From positions 39,851 through 103,850 of the forward strand of contig DRHW01000016.1 of the NCBI GenBank assembly GCA_011053005.1: DNA of 64,000 bases, read 5' to 3'. Below are positions 1 to 9,188 of the stretch, piece after piece; position 1 is the first letter of the stretch, and each line of letters starts with the position of its first letter. The notes beneath the pieces are model-generated. The model saw only the letters and a program-made list of their open reading frames with translations, did no database searches and had not been told where the DNA came from. This DNA comes from Methylophaga sp. Its GTDB lineage: Bacteria; Pseudomonadota; Gammaproteobacteria; Nitrosococcales; Methylophagaceae. A program made the translations under genes and the position numbers.

Positions 1-1188
1 AAGGGCTAAAGTATTATTGTTAGCTGAGCTTCCTGTGGTATCAAAACCCAAAAAGCTTAACGAAGGAAAGGCGATACCAACCGCTAATGCTAGTGATAAT
101 TTAGTGGTCATGCCCCAAATACCGAAAAAAAGTCCACTACGTTGACCACCACCTTTTAAATTATCAATATCGATAACGTCAGCTTGAATTGATGCAGGCA
201 AAGCCATATCAATTCCCAAACTAAGGCCCGATAGAATGCAAATAATCAAAAATGCTGTCACATCGCCTTCGCCTAGAAAAGGCGCCCAGATAAAAATGGT
301 CACTGACCAGAGCATCGATACGCTCCAAATTCGGTGTTTACTAAAACGTTTCGATAACGCTAAACCAATGGGTAAACCTATCAAGCCACTTACAAAATAA
401 GCAGATAACAACATGCCGAATTGTTCGGGTGCGACTAGAACATAACTGACGAATAATAAAAATAAGGTCGCGGGTAATCCATTCGCAATACCATTCATTA
501 AGTAGGCAAATAACAAACGTTTAAATAAGTGGTTGTTATTTAATAATGATAGTCCCGCTCGAAAGCGAATAGGACGAGCACGAGAGGTAGTGGGTTTTTC
601 CTTAACATTAAACAAGCAAATGATAAGTGTGATGGGCAACATCAATACTAAAAATTGGGCAAGTAAACTTAATGCTTCTCCAGGTTTGTCACTGCTTAAT
701 CCCATGGCTAGTGGTAAGCCTGCTGCGATTAATGTTCCGATTAGCGTGCAGGTTTCTCTGCTTGCTGTAATGACACTACGCTGATCATAATCGGTTGATA
801 ATTCTGCACCCCACGCAGTGTAAGGTAAGGTGATTAAACTCCAAGCTAAATAGACTAAAATACTCCACGATAGTAACCACCATATACCAGCATCTTGCGG
901 CGGAATAAATAGCGCCCAAACTGCCAATAATAACAAAGGTGATGCAATAGCTATCAGCCATTTTCGCCTTGAGTGTACGGGCAACCAATCAGATAACATA
1001 CCAATTAATGGGTCTGAAATAACATCAGTAATGCGTGATATCAATAAGATACTGCCAACCAGTGTTAGCCCTAAGCCAAGTTGATCGGCATAAAACGTAG
1101 GTAAATAAATATAAAGCGGTAAGCCTAAGGCTGCCAAAGGCAATGCTGGCAAGCCATAAAACCAATACTGAATTTTTTTAGTTAACAT
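1..1188 (-). CDS. MFS transporter, GPH/melibiose-type cation symporter family (C-terminus lies beyond window start)
   Basis: Absent from the ORF track because it runs off the edge. My minus-strand translation from ATG 1188..1186 reads MLTKKIQYWFYGLPALPLAALGLPLYIYLPTFYADQLGL...SRITDVISDPLIGMLSDW...RRKW. It stays open for 396 codons down to position 1 and contains many hydrophobic helices. The ATG abuts the stop of the upstream gene (1189). Confidence 0.8.
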   Translation of the reverse strand, partial: MLTKKIQYWFYGLPALPLAALGLPLYIYLPTFYADQLGLGLTLVGSILLISRITDVISDPLIGMLSDWLPVHSRRKWLIAIASPLLLLAVWALFIPPQDAGIWWLLSWSILVYLAWSLITLPYTAWGAELSTDYDQRSVITASRETCTLIGTLIAAGLPLAMGLSSDKPGEALSLLAQFLVLMLPITLIICLFNVKEKPTTSRARPIRFRAGLSLLNNNHLFKRLLFAYLMNGIANGLPATLFLLFVSYVLVAPEQFGMLLSAYFVSGLIGLPIGLALSKRFSKHRIWSVSMLWSVTIFIWAPFLGEGDVTAFLIICILSGLSLGIDMALPASIQADVIDIDNLKGGGQRSGLFFGIWGMTTKLSLALAVGIAFPSLSFLGFDTTGSSANNNTLAL

Positions 1189-2406
1189 TTACAGCGGTTT
1201 CGACATGAGGTATTGATAAACACCTGTGTGTTCCGTGCGAAACCCTGCTTCACAATAAGATAAATAATAACGCCACATATTGATAAAACGCTGGTCGTAA
1301 CCTAAGGCTTCAACATGATGAACTACCTCATTAAAACGCTGATGCCAAATCTGTAATGTACGTTCGTAATCGTGACCATAATCGGTTGCTTTATTAATGA
1401 TTAAGCCTGCGCTGTCGGCATGCTCAGCAAATACTTCGGGAGAGGGGAGCATGCCACCAGGAAAAATATAAAGCTGTATGAAATCAACGTTTTGGCGGTA
1501 ATAGTCAAAGTTTTTATGATCAATGGTTATGACCTGTAATGCAACTTTGCCACCTGGTTTAAGCCTGGCATATAACATTTTGAAGTAACCCGGCCAATAG
1601 CGTTCACCTACCGCCTCGAACATTTCAATACTGACGATATGATCAAATTGATCGCTGAGGCTACGATAGTCTTGTAGCTTTAGTTCAACCAAATGACTTA
1701 AACCCGCATCGGAAATGCGTTTTTGTGCCCATGTTAATTGTTCCTGAGATAAGGTGATACCTGTTATGCGAAAGCCTCTTTCAGCAGCATATTCAGCAAA
1801 ACCGCCCCAACCACAGCCAACTTCGAGAATATGTTGTCCGGGTTTGGCATCTAATGAATCAAGCAGGTGTTGATATTTGCGAAGCTGCGCTTGCTCAAGG
1901 GGCTCATCTTTATTTAAAAAAACAGCGCTTGAGTAAGTCATAGTTGGATCTAACCACAGCTTATAAAAATCATTACCCAAGTCATAATGAGCTGAAATAT
2001 TACGCTTACTGCCTTGTTCACTATTGTGTCGAAAAGCGTGACGTAACCTGTTGAACCATTTTATTAAAAAATTAGATTGTAATGAGTGAAATAAACTTTC
2101 TAAGTTCAGTGCGCCCCAATAAAGTAGTGTTGATAAATCACTGGTTTCCCAATCACCATTCATATAGGATTCAGCAAATCCAAGCTCGCCATGACGGCTA
2201 AAACGTTTAATCATTTGCAGAGGATTATGAACTTCAATCTGCGCATCGGGACCCGATGTCTTTGCTTGCAAAACGTAAACTTCTTCACCTAATTTAATGT
2301 GTAACGTACCCACTTTACAGTTAGAAAGTAGTTTATATAACAACCTAACAGCGATCGGCGCATTTGAATTGGGTAACACCATTACTTCGGAGTTTTGATT
2401 AGCCAT
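1189..2406 (-). CDS. Cyclopropane-fatty-acyl-phospholipid synthase family SAM-dependent methyltransferase
   Basis: 405-aa ORF with the SAM-binding motif ILEVGCGWGGFAEYAA and a CMAS-family C-terminus (YYLSYCEAGF). A 25-nt overlap with the upstream DUF1365 gene suggests one operon. Confidence 0.88.
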   Translation of the reverse strand: MANQNSEVMVLPNSNAPIAVRLLYKLLSNCKVGTLHIKLGEEVYVLQAKTSGPDAQIEVHNPLQMIKRFSRHGELGFAESYMNGDWETSDLSTLLYWGALNLESLFHSLQSNFLIKWFNRLRHAFRHNSEQGSKRNISAHYDLGNDFYKLWLDPTMTYSSAVFLNKDEPLEQAQLRKYQHLLDSLDAKPGQHILEVGCGWGGFAEYAAERGFRITGITLSQEQLTWAQKRISDAGLSHLVELKLQDYRSLSDQFDHIVSIEMFEAVGERYWPGYFKMLYARLKPGGKVALQVITIDHKNFDYYRQNVDFIQLYIFPGGMLPSPEVFAEHADSAGLIINKATDYGHDYERTLQIWHQRFNEVVHHVEALGYDQRFINMWRYYLSYCEAGFRTEHTGVYQYLMSKPL

Positions 2407-3176
2407 TCGCTTTTTACCTCAGATTGATTTTTTTTATCATAAGAATGAAACTTGCCACCACGAAGCCAAATTTTTAACGCATGCCAATGAATCATCAGCA
2501 TAATTTTGAATGACATCAGAGGCATCATAAAAAATGCTCTGAGTAATCTACGGTTAGTCATTGGCTCGGTAACGGCTGTTTGTGATGCAACTAAATGCAA
2601 TGCCTTGTCTTGATATTCATTGATCAAAATACCAAGCGATGATGCTGATTTGGTAAATTTAAAATGATATTCCTGATTCATATTGATAAAGGGCGAAACA
2701 TGAAAACGCTTGTCAGATATACCCTGAACAGGCCACGTTAAGGCATGGCCATTTTGATGATGAATATAGTGATACAGTCCGCCAAACGTATTCCTAACTT
2801 CACTAATAATCGCAATCGTATCACCTGCTGTATCTTCACAATACCAAACAGAAATAGGGTTGAAACTGTAACCAAGTACGCGAGGAAAGCACAATAATTG
2901 AACACGACCAATATCGTTTAAACCGCTTTCTGCCAAAGTTTTTGCAAGCCATGAACGCCATGAAGCTTGATCACAAGCACCATGATCTTTAGTCTTTACA
3001 CTCAGCAAGTTAAAACGATTGAAACTAAACCATGTCAGGGCTTTAGCATCTTGTTCAACGCTATCAATATCAAGCAATAAACCAAAAACGTTATAGTTAA
3101 AACGATAACGCATTGGCATCATTCGTTGATGCATCACCTTCCCGAAGTAGAGTTGACTGCTCATGCATTTTCCCAT
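2382..3176 (-). CDS. DUF1365 family protein
   Basis: 264 aa. The N-terminus LYFGKVMHQRMMPMRYRFNYNVF matches my memory of the DUF1365 hallmark. It overlaps both neighbours. Confidence 0.75.
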   Translation of the reverse strand: MGKCMSSQLYFGKVMHQRMMPMRYRFNYNVFGLLLDIDSVEQDAKALTWFSFNRFNLLSVKTKDHGACDQASWRSWLAKTLAESGLNDIGRVQLLCFPRVLGYSFNPISVWYCEDTAGDTIAIISEVRNTFGGLYHYIHHQNGHALTWPVQGISDKRFHVSPFINMNQEYHFKFTKSASSLGILINEYQDKALHLVASQTAVTEPMTNRRLLRAFFMMPLMSFKIMLMIHWHALKIWLRGGKFHSYDKKNQSEVKSEWLIKTPK

Positions 3177-4498
3177 GGGATATCGATGCCAAAAGCTTTG
3201 GCAACCGATACGGCAGCTGTCAATGCATCTTCATGAAAACCATAACCAAAATAGCTGCCGGCATACCATGTATGTTGTCGACCTTGAAGACTGGCTAAAT
3301 GCTGTTGAGCCAACATTGCCTGATTATCAAAAACGGGATGCATATAGTGAATGCGTTTGATGACTTTAGCTGGATCGGGAGCGGTTATCGGATTCAAACT
3401 AACAAAATAATTGGAACTAGTATCCAGATGCTGCAAGGCATTCATCCAATAGCTTACCGATACCGCAGGTGTCAGATCGTCACTGTTATTAGCGAGATAA
3501 TTCCAACATGACCAGACTGGTTTAAGTTTAGGCATTAATCGTTCATCGGTATGTAGATAAGTATCATTTGCTTGATAACGAAATGCTGATAAATAACGCT
3601 GTTCATCGTGTGAAGCGTCAGCTAACAAGGCTAAAGCTTCGTCAGCATGTGTCGCAATAACGACTTCATCAAACGTCAGTTGTTGGCCATCTTCAAGTGT
3701 TAAAGTGACCGAATCCGTTGTTCTATCAACTTTTACTACGCCATTATTAATGATTTTTTCACCAGAATAATCATTTAATAGTTTAGCGACATAAGCTTGA
3801 CTACCACCCATTACAGTTCGCCATTGAGGGCGATCTTTTACATTCAGTAAGCCATGATTATCAAAAAACTGGGCAAAACTTCGAGCTGGAAATGAAGCCA
3901 TTTGACTGGGAGGACATGACCAAATAGCCGCTGCCATCGGTAATAAATAATCGTTTTGCATCGCTTTGCCGATGTTATTTAATGCTAGAAATTCACCTAA
4001 TGTGAGTTCAGGATCGGCGGTATCATCTTCAATCAGTGCTTTGGCTTGTCGATTAAATTTTAGAATGTCATAAACTAATTTTAAGAAGCGGGGTGATAAG
4101 ATGTTTTTTCGTTGGGCAAATAATGTATTGAGATCATTGCCTGCGTATTCCAAACCTGAATCTGCAATTGAAGCTGCAAACGTCATATTTGTAGTACGTG
4201 ATTGCACATCAAGCACCTTAAATAACCCCACTAAATTAGGATAATTAGGCTCGTTATAAACAATAAATCCTGTATCAACTGGCAGGAGTTTAGTTTTACC
4301 TTGTTCAGGTACCGACACGGTATTGGTATGTCCGCCAATATAACTATTTTTATCAATTAGCGTGACTTGATAACGTTTTGCTAAAAGCCAAGCACTCGCC
4401 ATACCAGCAATACCGGAGCCGATGACGGCAATTTTTTTATTCAAACGATTTACCCCAAAAGAAACGTGATGGTGAAAATTAGCTGTTAGACAATTCAT
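3161..4498 (-). CDS. NAD(P)/FAD-dependent oxidoreductase (amine-oxidase / desaturase-like)
   Basis: 445 aa with an N-terminal Rossmann fingerprint KIAVIGSGIAGMASAWLLAKRYQVTLIDK. First gene of the four-gene minus-strand operon. Confidence 0.85.
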   Translation of the reverse strand: MNCLTANFHHHVSFGVNRLNKKIAVIGSGIAGMASAWLLAKRYQVTLIDKNSYIGGHTNTVSVPEQGKTKLLPVDTGFIVYNEPNYPNLVGLFKVLDVQSRTTNMTFAASIADSGLEYAGNDLNTLFAQRKNILSPRFLKLVYDILKFNRQAKALIEDDTADPELTLGEFLALNNIGKAMQNDYLLPMAAAIWSCPPSQMASFPARSFAQFFDNHGLLNVKDRPQWRTVMGGSQAYVAKLLNDYSGEKIINNGVVKVDRTTDSVTLTLEDGQQLTFDEVVIATHADEALALLADASHDEQRYLSAFRYQANDTYLHTDERLMPKLKPVWSCWNYLANNSDDLTPAVSVSYWMNALQHLDTSSNYFVSLNPITAPDPAKVIKRIHYMHPVFDNQAMLAQQHLASLQGRQHTWYAGSYFGYGFHEDALTAAVSVAKAFGIDIPWENA

Positions 4499-4793
4499 TA
4501 AAATTTAGGCCCATAGCGCTTCAAAATTAATGTGGTTCACAAGTTTGACGAATCAATTGATCAATTGTTACAAAAAAATTATATCGGGGCATATAAAGGA
4601 AATTATGCAAACTGAGTCTAAACTAAAAGATTTATCTATTCTATAAGTTCAAATGAAAATAGTTTTTCGACATTAATGCTAGCTAAGTACTTATTTAGTG
4701 TAAGTTGCTTATTTTTGAGGGAATAAATTATCTGTTAGCTAAACAATATTCTTACGGGTGACATATATTTCGAATTTGCAGATAGTTTCATAA

Positions 4794-4814
4794 AAATTTA
4801 GCGTAAATTTAGCG
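4794..4814 (+). promoter_or_regulatory. Tandem direct repeat AAATTTAGCG-T-AAATTTAGCG (11-bp phase); candidate OmpR/KdpE-family response-regulator site
   Basis: Exact 10-mer at 4794..4803 and again at 4805..4814, about 57-77 bp upstream of the kinase ATG (4871). OmpR-family regulators typically bind direct repeats one helical turn apart. Confidence 0.35.
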
Positions 4815-4870
4815 ATCAAAAAGTTAAAAAATGATTACCATTACAACTCATTTAATATCGGTATCAACGT

Positions 4871-5914
4871 ATGAAAGTTATGGATAACGTGACCAAAAAT
4901 AAACTGTATTTATATGTTTTTGCAATATTAACCGTCACATTTTTTGCTGTTGTGGCTTATTTATTGTCACTCATTATCTTACCTAAAAGCGGTGTATTAC
5001 TTTTACTGTTATTAGCTGTCGTGATCGTTTCGATTTCATCTAACAAAATGGTGACGACACTAGCAGGCATTTTGTGTGTACTGATATTTAATTATTTTTT
5101 TACTACTCCCCTTTATTCATTTCATATGATTAATGGTGAAGATATCATTAACAGTATTTTTTTCATTCTTGTGGCTGTATCGACCAGTGAGTTTTCAATT
5201 CGTTACCGCAATAAAAGTGCGGAACTGAAGCAAGCCGAAATGCGTTCAAATATTTTGCTTTCTGTTTCCCATGATCTCAGAACACCTTTAGCTGGAATCA
5301 TTGGCTCTTTGAGTACATATAAAGAATATAAACCCCAAATCAGTTTACATGACCAACAACTACTCATTAATAGTGCTTTAGCAGAAAGTCATCGCTTGCA
5401 TGATTATGTTGAAAATTTGTTGCAGTTAACCCGATTAGAAAATGAAGATAATCATTTGGTGTTTCAGCATCAATCAATCTGGCCTGTCATTTTAAGAGTA
5501 GAAGCAAGATTTGCTGATAAAAGACTGATTGTTAGTAAAGGCAACACCTTAAAAACAGTTTCTATTCAAGAATCATTAATCGAACAAGCTATTTATAATA
5601 TTGTAGATAACGCATTGAAATATTCACCCAAACAAAACAAGGTATTTCTAGACGTTTCTTGCGACGATCTGCGGGTTTATGTGCGTGTTAAAGACTCTGG
5701 TGCGGGCATCCCTAAAGAAAAGCACTCACACATATTCGATCTTTTTTATTCGAGTCGCATTGGCGATTCAGGGCAGGGCGGCTCTGGAATTGGATTAACC
5801 GTTGTTAAAGGTATTGTTGATGTTCATCAAGGCAAAGTAAGCGTTATAGATAGTGAGCAAGGTTGCATCATTGAGCTTGTATTACCGTGTGATGATTTTA
5901 ATGAAAAAAACTAA
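4871..5914 (+). CDS. KdpD-like sensor histidine kinase lacking the N-terminal KdpD/Usp sensor domains
   Basis: 347 aa. The N-terminal multi-TM block contains FNYFFTTPLYSF (KdpD membrane domain, DUF4118). It also has the H-box SHDLRTPLAGI and the ATPase boxes DNALKYSP, DSGAGIP and GGSGIGL. Confidence 0.85.
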   Translation: MKVMDNVTKNKLYLYVFAILTVTFFAVVAYLLSLIILPKSGVLLLLLLAVVIVSISSNKMVTTLAGILCVLIFNYFFTTPLYSFHMINGEDIINSIFFILVAVSTSEFSIRYRNKSAELKQAEMRSNILLSVSHDLRTPLAGIIGSLSTYKEYKPQISLHDQQLLINSALAESHRLHDYVENLLQLTRLENEDNHLVFQHQSIWPVILRVEARFADKRLIVSKGNTLKTVSIQESLIEQAIYNIVDNALKYSPKQNKVFLDVSCDDLRVYVRVKDSGAGIPKEKHSHIFDLFYSSRIGDSGQGGSGIGLTVVKGIVDVHQGKVSVIDSEQGCIIELVLPCDDFNEKN

Positions 5915-6581
5915 AATCTTGCTTATTGATGATGAAGAACAAATTCATCAATTTATCTCTATTTCTTTAAAGGCTGAAGGATTTGATTATCTTGGTTGTA
6001 GGAATGCAAGTACAGGTTTTGAATCTTTCCAAAACAATAAGCCTGACCTCATTATATTAGACTTGGGTTTACCTGATAATGACGGCAGCTTGGTTTTAGC
6101 TCGAATAAGGAAAATCGGTAATATACCAATTCTCGTTTTAACGGCTAGAGATCAGTCGGCAGAAAAAGTAAAATTACTGAATGCAGGCGCTAATGATTAT
6201 TTAAGTAAACCTTTTGAGATTAAGGAGTTAATTGCTAGAGTTAAAGTGTTGTTAAGAGATATTAAATATGAAACTACACCGGCAGAATTACACTTTAATA
6301 ACTTAATTATTAAAACATTTGAGCCTTTAATATTTATCAATGATGTTGCCATTAGCCTAACCAAAAAAGAACATCAACTATTGCTGTTATTAGCGATGAG
6401 TCCCGGTCAATTAATACCTCAAACAAAAATTCTCGTAGATATATGGGGCCCATCTCATTGTGATGACACGCATTATTTACGTGTTTTAATCACGCATTTA
6501 AGAAAAAAACTAAAAGATGATGCGGATGATCCAGTTTATATAAAAACGGAGCCGGGCATCGGTTACCGCTTTATTTTTTAA
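5901..6581 (+). CDS. OmpR-family response regulator, KdpE-like
   Basis: The ORF track starts at 5853. I prefer ATG 5901 (MKKTKILLIDDEE...), which overlaps the kinase stop by 14 nt. Receiver motifs DLIILDLGLPD and DYLSKPF are present, with a winged-helix C-terminus ending GIGYRF. Confidence 0.88.
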   Translation: MKKTKILLIDDEEQIHQFISISLKAEGFDYLGCRNASTGFESFQNNKPDLIILDLGLPDNDGSLVLARIRKIGNIPILVLTARDQSAEKVKLLNAGANDYLSKPFEIKELIARVKVLLRDIKYETTPAELHFNNLIIKTFEPLIFINDVAISLTKKEHQLLLLLAMSPGQLIPQTKILVDIWGPSHCDDTHYLRVLITHLRKKLKDDADDPVYIKTEPGIGYRFIF

Positions 6582-6619
6582 TCTAAATACGTTTTGTTAT
6601 TTCTTTTTGGAGACCTTTA

Positions 6620-7273
6620 ATGGCACATTTTACCGTAATCGGCTTGGGTGGTTTTGGCATTGCAGCGTGTTTAGAGTTAATACATTTGGGTCATACCGTC
6701 ACGGGTATTGAAAGCGATGTAAAAGTGGCTGATAAATATGCCGATCAATTAACCCAAATTATTATATGTGACTGTACCGATGAGAATACGCTCAGAGAAG
6801 CCGGTATTATCAATAGTGATACTGTTTTAGTGGCAATAGGTACCGACATGCAATCAAGCATTCTGTGCACTTTATGTTTAAAAAATATTGGTGTTAAAGA
6901 AATATGGGTCAAAGCCAGTTCTAAATCACATCACACTATTATTTCCAAACTCGGCGTTTCTCGTATTATTCACCCAGAAGAAGAGATGGGAATACGCGTT
7001 GCCCAAGCGCTTAATTACCCAATGGTTAATGATTATCTGTCATTAGGCGATGGGCTTTATGTGGTTGAAATAGATATTAAAGAAAATTTGCATGGCTTTC
7101 CTATCGGCAAATTATTAGATAAAGCAAAAGAAACAATTGATCCTTTGCTAGTTAAAAGAGAAGGCCGAACGATCACTCAAATTGATATGACATTTCCATT
7201 AAATACATACGATAAACTTCTATTATGCGGCAAGCGTTCTGCTTTAAAACATATTGCTCCGTATTTGGTTTAA
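6620..7273 (+). CDS. ktrA: K+ uptake system peripheral NAD-binding subunit (KtrA/TrkA family)
   Basis: 217 aa with an N-terminal Rossmann motif VIGLGGFGIA and RCK domain length. A GGAG-type SD precedes the ATG. Confidence 0.85.
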   Translation: MAHFTVIGLGGFGIAACLELIHLGHTVTGIESDVKVADKYADQLTQIIICDCTDENTLREAGIINSDTVLVAIGTDMQSSILCTLCLKNIGVKEIWVKASSKSHHTIISKLGVSRIIHPEEEMGIRVAQALNYPMVNDYLSLGDGLYVVEIDIKENLHGFPIGKLLDKAKETIDPLLVKREGRTITQIDMTFPLNTYDKLLLCGKRSALKHIAPYLV

Positions 7274-7279
7274 CTGATT

Positions 7280-8644
7280 ATGATCAAGTGGCACCCATCA
7301 ACAACCAGCATCATAAGAAATACAAAACCACATCGAAAAATTAATGCTGCTCCGCCGGTTATTCTTGCTGGCAGTTTTATGTGTTTAATTATTATTGGTA
7401 CCTTTCTTTTGATGTTACCAAATTCAACTACGCATTCAATTACTTGGTGGCAGAGTTTATTTACTGCAACATCGGCTGTAACGGTGACGGGATTAGTTGT
7501 CGTTGATACTGGCACATCGTTCACATTATTTGGACAAACTGTTATTGCAATACTCATCCAGTGTGGTGGCATTGGATTAATGACATTTGCCGTTGTGACG
7601 TTGATTGCATTAGGTGGAAAAATAGGTTTTTTACAACAAGTCGTAGCAAAAGAAGCCTTTAATCAAACCGATGCATCGATGATTTTAAGTGTTGCTAAGT
7701 CGGTGTTACTTTTTTCTTTGATAATCGAAATTATAGGTTTTGTCATCCTATCGATTTATTGGCACGATAAACTTGGCTGGGCAGAAAGTTTTTATCATGG
7801 TTTTTTTTACACGATTAGCGCTTTTAATAACGCAGGCTTTGCTTTGTCATCTCAAAGCCTGTCTGATTATGTGAGCGATCCTGTGATAAACCTGACAATA
7901 ACGGGGCTTTTTATTTCAGGGGGATTAGGTTTTACTGTTTGGCGAGAAGTCATAAAATCAAAATCTTGGCATAAATTAAGTCCATATAGTAAGGCGATGA
8001 TCTCGGCGACCATCATCATTAATTTACTGGCTTTTATCGCTATTTATAGTATTGAATATAATAACCCGAATACCCTGCAACCGCTTTCACAAACAGGCAA
8101 GGTATTAGCTTCGTGGTTTCAAGCCGTCACAACAAGAACAGCCGGTTTTAATACCTTGCCAATAGAGCAGATGGAAGATGCAAGTACGGTGTTAATGTTG
8201 TTTCTTATGTTTGTCGGAGGAGGCTCTTTAAGTACTGCAAGTGGTATTAAAGTGATGACATTTGTTGTGTTGATGTTAGCTGCATATAGCTATTTAAGAA
8301 GAGATAAAGCGATTACCTTATACAACCGTGAAATAACACGAGAAACCGTAAAGAAGGCACTTGCATTGACCGTCATTTATGTTGCAACAACGTGGCTTGC
8401 CGTATTCTGTTTACTGCTCAGTGAAAAAGCACCTTTTATTGACGTTGTTTTTGAGGCCATTTCAGCATTCGGTACAGTAGGGCTTTCGAGAGGCTTAACG
8501 TCATCTCTTTCTGGAACGGGCGAAATTATTATCATCATTCTTATGTTTATGGGGCGATTAGGTCCTTTGACCTTAGCTTATTTCTTAGCAAGCCCAAGAA
8601 CCAAACGGCTAAGATATCCAGAAACACAAATAACCATCGGTTGA
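7280..8644 (+). CDS. ktrB: K+ transporter membrane subunit (KtrB/TrkH family)
   Basis: 454 aa, polytopic, with repeated pore-loop signatures (TVTGL, NNAGF, RTAGFN, GTVGLS) typical of the KtrB/TrkH four-MPM architecture. It starts 6 nt after ktrA. Confidence 0.88.
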   Translation: MIKWHPSTTSIIRNTKPHRKINAAPPVILAGSFMCLIIIGTFLLMLPNSTTHSITWWQSLFTATSAVTVTGLVVVDTGTSFTLFGQTVIAILIQCGGIGLMTFAVVTLIALGGKIGFLQQVVAKEAFNQTDASMILSVAKSVLLFSLIIEIIGFVILSIYWHDKLGWAESFYHGFFYTISAFNNAGFALSSQSLSDYVSDPVINLTITGLFISGGLGFTVWREVIKSKSWHKLSPYSKAMISATIIINLLAFIAIYSIEYNNPNTLQPLSQTGKVLASWFQAVTTRTAGFNTLPIEQMEDASTVLMLFLMFVGGGSLSTASGIKVMTFVVLMLAAYSYLRRDKAITLYNREITRETVKKALALTVIYVATTWLAVFCLLLSEKAPFIDVVFEAISAFGTVGLSRGLTSSLSGTGEIIIIILMFMGRLGPLTLAYFLASPRTKRLRYPETQITIG

Positions 8645-8654
8645 TTTGGTTTAT

Positions 8655-9188
8655 TTATTTTCCAGATGTCATGGATGACAACACGCCATCGCGTCTCACT
8701 AAACCATGGTAAAGCGCAGCGCCAATATGCATGAATAATATAAGAAAAAATAACGATGCAACATAACCATGGATCTCTCTAAAAAGAGAATACATTTTGA
8801 TATCAGCATGAATCAGTTGGGGCAGAGTTATCAAATTGAATAAACTGACTTCTCTACCATCAGCACTTTGCATTAACCAGCCTGAAATCGGCATCGCCAG
8901 CATCAGTGCATACAAACTGAAATGGGTGACATGAGCTGCAAATTTTTGCCATTTAGGTAGGTCATTAGGTAAAGGTGGGCTTTTAGAGATCAGTTTGTTG
9001 AACAGTCTCACAATCACTAATATCAGTGCGACGATACCAAAAGATTTATGAAGCTTAACTGCTTCCATTTGCCAAGTGTCCAAACTTTGTATCATCGATG
9101 AACCTAGACATAACATGGATATGATAATGAATGCCATAGCCCAGTGAAGTAACCGAGTGCTCAGAGAATGTCCGATACTTGTCATCAT
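8655..9188 (-). CDS. Cytochrome b561 family protein (CybB-like)
   Basis: 177 aa with four TM helices and conserved His residues (LLHWAMA, KLHKSFG, VTHFSLY, MHIGAALYH). A 4-nt overlap with the upstream catalase-like gene suggests one operon. Confidence 0.8.
   Translation of the reverse strand: MMTSIGHSLSTRLLHWAMAFIIISMLCLGSSMIQSLDTWQMEAVKLHKSFGIVALILVIVRLFNKLISKSPPLPNDLPKWQKFAAHVTHFSLYALMLAMPISGWLMQSADGREVSLFNLITLPQLIHADIKMYSLFREIHGYVASLFFLILFMHIGAALYHGLVRRDGVLSSMTSGK

Noticed and set aside
533-988. ORFs 533..784 (+) and 785..988 (-) at the left edge.
   Set aside because: Both overlap the uninterrupted 396-codon minus-strand MFS reading frame (1..1188). That frame has clear transporter features, so these two are frame artefacts.
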